A stretch of 5,082 nt of DNA from a virus (IMGVR_UViG_3300029217_000081:1-5082); one strand, 5' to 3'; shown: positions 1 to 4,923, counted from the stretch's first letter. Numbers and translations: made by a program. The notes: generated from the sequence alone by a model not told the origin.

Positions 1-99
1 TTTTTTTTTTCAGCGGTTATCGCCGCAACAAAACGAAGAAACTTATTGCTTACTAATAATCTGCTCTGTATCGTATTCTAAGGCACTTACCTGCTTCAC
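1..99. repeat. Terminal direct repeat, copy 1 (wrap-around of a circular genome; unit length 4983 bp)
   Basis: Bases 1..99 are identical to 4984..5082 by direct base-by-base comparison. The repeat runs to the window edge, so its length is set by the window or assembly. It includes the 3' end of the Zot-like CDS (43..99 = 5026..5082). Confidence 0.95.
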
Positions 100-657
100 G
101 GATTTGGGGATGGTATACCACCGCGCCCGCCCCGCCTTACGCACCGTATTGACCAGTTCTTGGCCTCCCTCGGGGCGATGTTCCATAGCGATACAGGAGC
201 GATAGGGAGTGAGACGACAGAACCAGCCAATACGGTTGCAGAGATAAATGCGGTCACAGAGGTCACGAATCTTTTTATCAAAATCCATGGTCTGAGAAGA
301 TACAATAATCGTCAAATGATATTTGCGCTGCATCTTGAAAAACTCAACTGCTTCACGGGGCATAGTTTTAAAATCACGGTTAGAGTGCAACACACCAATT
401 TCATCGATGAGAATAAGGGAATCAGGGAGAAAAGTTTGTTTCCAGTATTCGGCCTCTAACTCGTAACCAATACCCATATTACTATAGATAAGACCCTTAT
501 TAGCACGTAGCCACTTATCAGCAACACGAGACATATACAGAGACTTGCCAGAGCCTTTTGAACCAACAACAGCCTCAAGTTTGTAGGGGTTTTTGCAATA
601 GTTATCGATATAAACAAAAAGCCAGCAAATGCAAAAGATAAGAATACCATAAAGCAT
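43..657 (-). CDS. Zot / pI-like P-loop NTPase (filamentous-phage assembly/morphogenesis ATPase), 204 aa, with an N-terminal hydrophobic segment
   Basis: Walker A is GSKGSGKS (aa 32-39) and Walker B is LILIDEIG, followed by IIVSSQ. Size and position (last gene before the intergenic region) match inovirus gene I/Zot. The SD AAAGG lies 10 nt upstream of the ATG at 657. Residues 1-16 (MLYGILIFCICWLFVY) are hydrophobic. The stop is TAA at 43..45. Confidence 0.75.
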   Translation of the reverse strand: MLYGILIFCICWLFVYIDNYCKNPYKLEAVVGSKGSGKSLYMSRVADKWLRANKGLIYSNMGIGYELEAEYWKQTFLPDSLILIDEIGVLHSNRDFKTMPREAVEFFKMQRKYHLTIIVSSQTMDFDKKIRDLCDRIYLCNRIGWFCRLTPYRSCIAMEHRPEGGQELVNTVRKAGRARWYTIPKSVKQVSALEYDTEQIISKQ

Positions 658-681
658 AACATATAATCCTTTCTAAATGCG

Positions 682-720
682 AAAACGTCGCCGACCATAA
701 AAAATGGTCGGCGGCGTTTT
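682..720 (-). terminator. Strong bidirectional rho-independent terminator immediately after the coat-protein candidate
   Basis: A perfect 10-bp stem (689..698 CGCCGACCAT pairing with 704..713 ATGGTCGGCG) has a 5-nt loop. It is extendable through a T/G wobble and the flanking A4CG / CGT4 (682..687 with 715..720) to about 17 bp. A T-tract follows the stem on both strands. Confidence 0.8.
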
Positions 721-730
721 CTCTAAATCA

Positions 731-859
731 TTAGGAGCGTCCAGGAATCCAGCGGCGGAGGATACGGAGAACGATGCCCGCGATAGTGAGAATCACGAAG
801 ACGAGGAGAATGGGCTGAGACTCATAGAAATCAATGAGCTGACCCATCCAAGTAATCAT
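731..859 (-). CDS. Major coat protein candidate (pVIII/Pf3-like), 42 aa from the ATG at 859; the open frame continues upstream to 925 with no other ATG
   Basis: Hand translation gives MITWMGQLIDFYESQPILLVFVILTIAGIVLRILRRWIPGRS. It has an acidic N-terminal part (D, E), one hydrophobic helix and a basic C-terminal tail with 4 Arg, which is the classic inovirus coat architecture. It is followed directly by a strong terminator, as gene VIII is in Ff. It is absent from the ORF track because it is under 60 aa. The true start is uncertain (see findings). Confidence 0.6.
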   Translation of the reverse strand: MITWMGQLIDFYESQPILLVFVILTIAGIVLRILRRWIPGRS

Positions 860-919
860 CGAAGTGAAGAACTCACCGACCAAGGAAAGCAGCGTGGCGA
901 GAATAGAAGCAGTAGGGCC

Positions 920-940
920 CTGAAGTCATCATCCTTTCAT
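920..940 (-). promoter_or_regulatory. Consensus Shine-Dalgarno (ATGAAAGGA) whose normal spacing points to a CAG codon in frame with the coat ORF
   Basis: On the minus strand, AAAGG is at 937..933, followed by 10 nt and then CAG at 922..920. The same AAAGG plus 10-11 nt precedes the ATG of five other genes (rep, ssb-like, 55-aa, 43-aa, Zot-like). The ATGAAAGG form is shared with the rep and ssb-like SD sites. Confidence 0.45.
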
Positions 941-960
941 AAAAATATTTATGGCACCTG

Positions 961-1074
961 TCACGGACGGAGCAGGAGAACCAACATAGAGAAGACAGCA
1001 GCGAAGATAATGAAATAACCAATTTCGGGGACAGAAAAGATACCAAAACAATACTGTAAAGGGAGAATTTCCAT
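961..1074 (-). CDS. Small hydrophobic protein, 37 aa (pVII/pIX-like minor virion or membrane protein candidate)
   Basis: Hand translation gives MEILPLQYCFGIFSVPEIGYFIIFAAVFSMLVLLLRP. Its ATG (1074..1072) overlaps the TGA of the upstream 204-aa gene (TGATG), which suggests translational coupling. It is not in the ORF track (under 60 aa). Confidence 0.5.
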   Translation of the reverse strand: MEILPLQYCFGIFSVPEIGYFIIFAAVFSMLVLLLRP

Positions 1075-1688
1075 CAGCTCATGCGCCCCCAAATCGCGTT
1101 TTTAATCCAAGTAACAGTAGTAATGAAGACAAGGACAACAAGCAGAGCAGAAACGCAAGCTTGCGGATTGAGAACCTGAGACGTAGTAGTGGCATCTTCC
1201 TCATAAGGGAGCTGAATAAGTTGAGTCGAGCTGTTATAGGAATACCTTTCAGACGTATAGCCGGACTTATGCACCGTCTCAGTGCGTTCGATGAAAAACG
1301 TATCTCCGAACCAATCCATAATAGAAGTGAAACTATTAGAGACGTTAGGGAGATTAGAATACAAAGCCGGAGTATCTGCGGCGCGGTCATCATAAGCAGT
1401 CAAACTCCCATCAAAAGGCAATTCAACCTCCTCCGGCACATAGCCGTCGCGGAGGTCTGGAGATTCTGTAATATGCTGCGCGGGTTGCTCGGGAGCAGGA
1501 GCAGCTTCCGAGGGAGATTCAGCAGCGGCTTTAACGTCCATATCGGCGACAGCCTGCGCGGATGCCTTGAGATAGTCATACTGCTGAACGGTCATATCAC
1601 AAGTACTACCATCTTTATACTGCACAGTATAGACGGTAACGCCGTCAGAATCAACCCAAGTTTTGATAATAGCAGGGACTTCCATCAT
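1074..1688 (-). CDS. Hypothetical C-terminally membrane-anchored protein, 204 aa (structural or assembly role, function unknown)
   Basis: This is a long ORF in the gene-strand frame series. GGAGGTG lies upstream of the ATGATG start. Its ATG overlaps the TGA of the 55-aa gene (ATGA). It has a Pro/Ala/Glu-rich linker (AAAESPSEAAPAPEQPAQ) and one C-terminal TM segment (CVSALLVVLVFITTVTWI), with no N-terminal signal peptide. I recognise no family. Confidence 0.6.
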   Translation of the reverse strand: MMEVPAIIKTWVDSDGVTVYTVQYKDGSTCDMTVQQYDYLKASAQAVADMDVKAAAESPSEAAPAPEQPAQHITESPDLRDGYVPEEVELPFDGSLTAYDDRAADTPALYSNLPNVSNSFTSIMDWFGDTFFIERTETVHKSGYTSERYSYNSSTQLIQLPYEEDATTTSQVLNPQACVSALLVVLVFITTVTWIKNAIWGRMS

Positions 1689-1852
1689 TTATCACCTCCA
1701 TCCCAAAGGCCACGGAGAACAAAACCAACAAGCGAAAGCAGAAGACAAACCAAAATAAAGTTGCCAAAAGTACCGAAGCCAAAAAAGGAAATAGAAAGCA
1801 CATTGGCGATAAACGAGGTAAAAACGCCAAGAGCGGAAACAAAATCTACCAT
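1685..1852 (-). CDS. Small double-hydrophobic-segment protein, 55 aa (minor coat or membrane protein candidate)
   Basis: Hand translation gives MVDFVSALGVFTSFIANVLSISFFGFGTFGNFILVCLLLSLVGFVLRGLWDGGDK. The SD AAAGG lies 10 nt upstream of the ATG (1852..1850). The start overlaps the stop of the 43-aa gene (ATGGTAG) and the stop overlaps the next start (ATGA). It is not in the ORF track. Confidence 0.55.
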   Translation of the reverse strand: MVDFVSALGVFTSFIANVLSISFFGFGTFGNFILVCLLLSLVGFVLRGLWDGGDK

Positions 1853-1977
1853 GGCAACCAATCCTTTACGAACTTATAAATACCGAGGCCGACAAGGAAA
1901 ACAACAACGGCAATAACGAGAACGCCACCAGAACCGAAAAGCCCGAAAACTGATTTGAAGAAATCAAGAAAAGTCAT
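1846..1977 (-). CDS. Small single-TM protein, 43 aa (coat-like; second candidate for a virion protein)
   Basis: Hand translation gives MTFLDFFKSVFGLFGSGGVLVIAVVVFLVGLGIYKFVKDWLPW. The SD AAAGG lies 10 nt upstream. The ATG (1977..1975) overlaps the TGA of the pIII-like gene (ATGA). It is not in the ORF track. Confidence 0.55.
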   Translation of the reverse strand: MTFLDFFKSVFGLFGSGGVLVIAVVVFLVGLGIYKFVKDWLPW

Positions 1978-3152
1978 CCGTCGACCGCCTTTCTAATAAG
2001 CATGCGGAGAAAGACAGCACCAAAACAAAGGAGAGAAACAGAAAAGAGAAACGTGCCTAAATTCTGGAAAAGAGCACCAAGAAGACCAGAAGCACCGGAG
2101 GCAATATCAGAATCAACAGAGGAAGCAGAATTCCAAGAATTCAAATCATTTTTGGAGTTTGTGAGAGTATCAGAATCAATATCAAACTCGTTAGTAATGG
2201 CATCTTGTAAATCCTCTGGAGAATCAGACAGCCAGCCACCAAGCTTAACGTCAGGCAAAAGAGAAGCAGGAACAAGGAGAGAAAAAGCGAAAGAAGCGGT
2301 AGTATCAAAGGCAGAAGCAGAATAAACAGGGGAAGAAGAAGGCTTTTGCACAAAAACAAAACCGATATCAGAAGAAGGAATAGTATATCCGGACGGATAA
2401 GGAACAAAAGAATGAGTCCCCAAAAGATAACGATTAGAATTGAGGTTAATATTCCTCAAGTTAGAATAAGCATTAGGAGGAACAATAAACGAAGAGTCAC
2501 CACCCTGTAAAACATAGCCACTTGCAGAAGAAGAAGTAGATTCACGGAATGCAAAAGGATATGAATAAAAGGGGGAAGAAAAAGTGAAAGAATCTAAAGT
2601 ATCAGTAGAAGAGCCAGAAGAAGAACCGGCAGTATTACCGAAAGAAAGAATACGGTCTGAACGGCTAAAAGAAGAAGTTAAAAAGCCATAAGTTCCAGAC
2701 GGTTGAGGAGAAGTAGAATAAACGCGAACAACAGAAGTTTGAGGGGAAAAGCCAAAACCAATAGGAAAAGAGGGAAGTTCAGACCAAAGACCAGAAGCAC
2801 CGCGAAGAGGATAAGGAAAAGCGCAAGCATAATCATAGGCTAAGCCAGAATCGTTAGCTAAATAAGAAACATCAAATGCATCCGTAGAATAAGAAATAGA
2901 ATACGGCAATGTATAAGAAGAGCCAGAAACAGCAATAGGAGAGCAAAGAAGCTCAAAACAATCTATACCACTGTAAATAAGCTTACGCCAAACAAACCAA
3001 GAACCATGATGACTATAAAAATCATCAAGAGAGGGCATATCCGCTTCCGTATCAGAAGCAGCCAAAGCCGAAACAGGAAGAGAAAAAGAGATAACCAGAG
3101 CCGCAACAAGGGCGGCGAATCGCGTCAAGAAAAACGCATGCTTTTTCTTCAA
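1974..3152 (-). CDS. pIII-like adsorption / minor coat protein candidate: secreted, Ser-rich, C-terminal membrane anchor (392 aa from TTG at 3152; the ORF is open to GTG at 3203)
   Basis: From the TTG start the N-terminus is (M)KKKHAFFLTRFAALVAALVISFSLPVSALA/ASD, a textbook signal peptide with an AxA site. AGGGGGG lies 8 nt upstream of the TTG. The C-terminus has a Gly-rich stretch followed by a TM helix and basic tail (LGTFLFSVSLLCFGAVFLRMLIRKAVDG), as in g3p. It is the largest structural-module ORF. The upstream GTG at 3203 lies only 6 nt from the tRNA 3' end and has no SD. Confidence 0.6.
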   Translation of the reverse strand: MKKKHAFFLTRFAALVAALVISFSLPVSALAASDTEADMPSLDDFYSHHGSWFVWRKLIYSGIDCFELLCSPIAVSGSSYTLPYSISYSTDAFDVSYLANDSGLAYDYACAFPYPLRGASGLWSELPSFPIGFGFSPQTSVVRVYSTSPQPSGTYGFLTSSFSRSDRILSFGNTAGSSSGSSTDTLDSFTFSSPFYSYPFAFRESTSSSASGYVLQGGDSSFIVPPNAYSNLRNINLNSNRYLLGTHSFVPYPSGYTIPSSDIGFVFVQKPSSSPVYSASAFDTTASFAFSLLVPASLLPDVKLGGWLSDSPEDLQDAITNEFDIDSDTLTNSKNDLNSWNSASSVDSDIASGASGLLGALFQNLGTFLFSVSLLCFGAVFLRMLIRKAVDG

Positions 3153-3208
3153 TTCGCACACCCCCCTATCACGGCAAACGTTTTTTTGTCGAAAGTCACT
3201 CACGACAA

Positions 3209-3282
3209 TGGTTGCGGGCGATAGATTCGAACTACCAAATCAAGGCTCAGAACCTTGTGTGTTACCATTACACCAACCCGCC
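3209..3282 (-). tRNA. Full-length tRNA, anticodon CUG (Gln by anticodon), with encoded CCA and an unpaired G1/A72
   Basis: The minus strand reads GGCGGGT TG GTGT AATGGTA ACAC A CAAGG TTCTGAG CCTTG ATTT GGTAG TTCGAAT CTATC GCCCGCA A CCA (74 nt). U8, A14, G18G19, G53-C61 and the TTCGAAT T-loop are all present. It has a 4-bp D stem, 5-bp anticodon and T stems, and a 7-nt anticodon loop with CTG at 34-36. Acceptor pairs 2-71 to 6-67 are Watson-Crick, 7-66 is U/G and 1-72 is a G/A mismatch. Confidence 0.85.
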
Positions 3283-3286
3283 ATGT

Positions 3287-3306
3287 GAGAGCGGCGAACC
3301 ACTCTC
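3287..3306 (-). other. Strand-specific 8-bp hairpin with a UUCG tetraloop, 4 nt upstream of the tRNA
   Basis: The minus strand reads GAGAGTGG TTCG CCGCTCTC. All 8 positions pair on this strand, one of them as a G/U wobble. The same position is a C/A mismatch on the plus strand, so the structure favours the coding/viral strand. Confidence 0.55.
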
Positions 3307-3342
3307 CCATAGGAAATGAAATTTAGGTTTGAACAAAGGAAG

Positions 3343-3585
3343 TTAGACTTCCTCAATTCCAAGCAAATAGCCGTTGCGGTCAAAGTCCAGATCGTACATA
3401 GCGCCAACAACGATGAGCGCATACGGCATCATCCAAGATTCGACATTGATTCTATCAACCTGAACGCCGGAGTTATCATCGTTTGCGCGCATGTCAAACT
3501 CTGCCATGATGGTTGTAAAATCATAGTCTTTGCCTGCTTTTGACTTGCCAGCGCGGTGGGACTTACCAACTACAGTGACCTTCAT
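3343..3585 (-). CDS. Putative ssDNA-binding protein (gene V analogue), 80 aa
   Basis: The call rests on position immediately after rep, size (Ff gVp is 87 aa), a basic N-terminal strand region (MKVTVVGKSHRAGKSKAGK) and a beta-rich pattern. The SD ATGAAAGGATGG lies 11 nt (after AAAGG) from the ATG at 3585. It is based on synteny and composition only, not on a recognised motif. Confidence 0.5.
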   Translation of the reverse strand: MKVTVVGKSHRAGKSKAGKDYDFTTIMAEFDMRANDDNSGVQVDRINVESWMMPYALIVVGAMYDLDFDRNGYLLGIEEV

Positions 3586-3603
3586 AGAGTGACCATCCTT
3601 TCA

Positions 3604-4740
3604 TCAGAATAAAGATATATCATCAAACCCATCTGCACTAAAGGGAGAGGGGTCTTCAACAACTTCACGGAACTCCTCAACAGCAATGCGCGAAGACTCA
3701 GCGAATTGAGATACTTCCTGTGTCAACGCCAAAGGGGAGAACGGAAGACGCTCATTATAATACTGTTCCCACTTACAACAAGCAAGGAAGAGCAGCTCAG
3801 GACGATAAAGCAGGATATCAATGATACGATGACCAAAGATATTCGTAACATAAGACATTTTCTGTTCTTCGGTATGAATAGAAACGGAAAATTTCTTAGC
3901 AAGGTCATCACTAAGGGGATGCCAAAAGTCATCAGTGTAATGAATGCCACGGGCTTCGATATCGGTCACGAACTGCATATCTTCCCAGCCATCGGGAAGA
4001 AGAGTTTCATTTCCGTAACGATTCCAGACTTTACGAAGATAGGAGAAAAGCTTCTCAGGGTCTTCATAGTAAAACCAGAAAAGCGGAGACGGGTCATAGA
4101 CGGAACGAGAACCAGAACGCACACGAGAAGTAAACTTAAATTCAATCTCGTAACGAATGATATAGGAATCATCAGGGCAATCCAGAAACTCACCAGAAGC
4201 CGTACAAAGCTTTTTTTCAGGGTCTTGCAGGGACTTATTATAGATACGGCAGAAGACAGCAGAAGACGTTCTACGACCGATATAAACGGTAGTGGAATCG
4301 CCGTAGCCCTGATACATGACCTTGCGAACCTTACGGGCTTTTTCAGGGTAATTCATATCATCGACAGAAGCAGAAATAACACCCAAATAAAACTCGCGCC
4401 ACCGTTGCTTTGTCATAACAACATCGAAGCAAAAGTCGAGACGAGAGAAGTGACCAAATTCGTGACCATCCTGCATCAGTGAAGCGAGCCGCGGCAATGT
4501 GGGACGGAAAAGCTCACAACCATGACCGGACACTTGCAAAGAGTGCGGAGACTGTTTCGCGCCGTTGTTCGGCTTAAAGAAAAGGCCCGCAGGGGAATTG
4601 TAAGGGGAATTCTCACTTGCGTTGGAAGTCTGCACAAAGTGCAAATCACACTGAGCAAGAGCATCTTCGATTTTGGAAATAGAGATTGAACCCTGCTCAA
4701 AAGCAAAAGTAACATAGTCAAGTTTAACAACCGTTTTCAT
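3604..4740 (-). CDS. Rolling-circle replication initiator, Rep_trans family (pT181 RepC/RepD-like; PF02486-type), 378 aa from the ATG at 4740
   Basis: Motif series typical of Rep_trans proteins: KLDYVTFAF, LQVSGHGCELF, FSRLDFCFDV, TVYIGRRTSSAVFCRIYNKS, IRYEIEFKF. The ATG at 4740 has the SD AAAGGTGG at optimal spacing. The GTG at 4752 listed in the ORF track sits inside that SD, so the ATG is preferred. The stop is TGA at 3604..3606. Confidence 0.85.
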   Translation of the reverse strand: MKTVVKLDYVTFAFEQGSISISKIEDALAQCDLHFVQTSNASENSPYNSPAGLFFKPNNGAKQSPHSLQVSGHGCELFRPTLPRLASLMQDGHEFGHFSRLDFCFDVVMTKQRWREFYLGVISASVDDMNYPEKARKVRKVMYQGYGDSTTVYIGRRTSSAVFCRIYNKSLQDPEKKLCTASGEFLDCPDDSYIIRYEIEFKFTSRVRSGSRSVYDPSPLFWFYYEDPEKLFSYLRKVWNRYGNETLLPDGWEDMQFVTDIEARGIHYTDDFWHPLSDDLAKKFSVSIHTEEQKMSYVTNIFGHRIIDILLYRPELLFLACCKWEQYYNERLPFSPLALTQEVSQFAESSRIAVEEFREVVEDPSPFSADGFDDISLF

Positions 4741-4771
4741 GTGAGAAACCACCTTTCATTTCCATGGCTAA

Positions 4772-4800
4772 ATGTTACCGCAATATGAAGGAGTTGTCAA
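4772..4800 (-). promoter_or_regulatory. Sigma-70/SigA-type promoter driving rep and probably the whole operon
   Basis: On the minus strand: TTGACA (4800..4795), a 17-nt spacer and TAACAT (4777..4772). The -10 ends about 30 nt upstream of the rep ATG and the promoter sits immediately downstream of a terminator. Confidence 0.7.
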
Positions 4801-4810
4801 GAGGAAATTT

Positions 4811-4842
4811 CAAAAAGGTGGGCGTATTACACACACGCCCAC
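4811..4842 (-). terminator. Rho-independent terminator closing the circular transcription unit, just upstream of the rep promoter
   Basis: The minus strand reads GTGGGCG TGTGTGTAATA CGCCCAC CTTTTTG. The 7-bp GC-rich stem (4842..4836 with 4824..4818) is extendable by T-A and G/T pairs and is followed by a T5 tract. Confidence 0.65.
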
Positions 4843-4879
4843 CGGCTCGCGCCGTCACGGCAGTCACTACGTATCGAGA

Positions 4880-4923
4880 GCCCTTACCAGCCTGTTTTGG
4901 AAGGGCAAGGGCTTCGCCCTTGC
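4880..4923. repeat. Composite inverted-repeat element: GCCCTT ... AAGGGC AAGGGC TTC GCCCTT
   Basis: A perfect 8-bp hairpin is formed by GCAAGGGC (4905..4912), a 3-nt loop and GCCCTTGC (4916..4923). A second GCCCTT at 4880..4885 can pair with the first AAGGGC (4901..4906), giving two alternative or stacked stems. Confidence 0.7.

Noticed and set aside
881-930. ATGATG (930..925) as the start of the gene following the SD at 933..937
   Set aside because: The spacing from AAAGG is 0-3 nt, too short for SD-directed initiation. The frame also ends after 19 codons (MMTSGPYCFYSRHAAFLGR) with no coat-like features. It would matter only if there is a frameshift or an indel error.
936-964. A possible internal promoter, GTGACA-17 nt-TATGAA, upstream of the coat ORF
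   Set aside because: The -10 lacks the conserved final T and overlaps the SD. The match is weak and would remove the SD from the transcript. I kept it only as a remote possibility, a leaderless transcript starting near ATGATG, which would be out of frame with the coat ORF.
1161-1916. A 251-aa plus-strand ORF, together with the other plus-strand ORFs at 160..459, 704..1018, 2002..2325, 3006..3224, 3316..3543 and 3706..4482 (258 aa)
   Set aside because: All of them lie antisense to well-supported minus-strand genes or elements. They lack SD sites. They encode Arg/Lys/Glu/Ser-rich low-complexity sequence, as expected from reading the purine-rich complement of T/C-rich genes. 1161..1916 would span three minus-strand genes and 3006..3224 would run through the tRNA 3' end. 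They are shadow ORFs.
3186-3208. The hairpin after the tRNA as a transcription terminator
   Set aside because: On the coding strand the stem is followed by an A-tract, not a U-tract. On the plus strand the T-tract precedes the stem. Neither orientation fits an intrinsic terminator.
3209-3282. The tRNA-like sequence as a mere attP fragment copied from a host tRNA 3' half
   Set aside because: The entire cloverleaf from position 1 to CCA is present with all conserved tertiary nucleotides, not just a 3' portion. No integrase is encoded. A dual role as an att site cannot be excluded without host genome searches.
96-4730. Minus-strand alternative-frame ORFs from the track (96..305, 456..698, 1079..1393, 1651..1842, 2141..2407, 3240..3422, 3723..3950, 3966..4193, 4476..4730)
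   Set aside because: Each is nested out of frame within a larger, motif-supported gene, or overlaps the tRNA (3240..3422). They have Leu/Ser/Phe-rich shadow composition. 1651..1842 is displaced by the SD-preceded, stop/start-coupled 55-aa gene at 1685..1852.
4741-4752. GTG at 4752 as the rep start (ORF-track boundary), and likewise GTG at 3203 for the 409-aa ORF
   Set aside because: GTG 4752 lies within the AAAGGTGG Shine-Dalgarno that serves the ATG at 4740. GTG 3203 has no SD, sits 6 nt from the tRNA end, and would place 17 residues in front of an otherwise canonical signal peptide that begins at TTG 3152.
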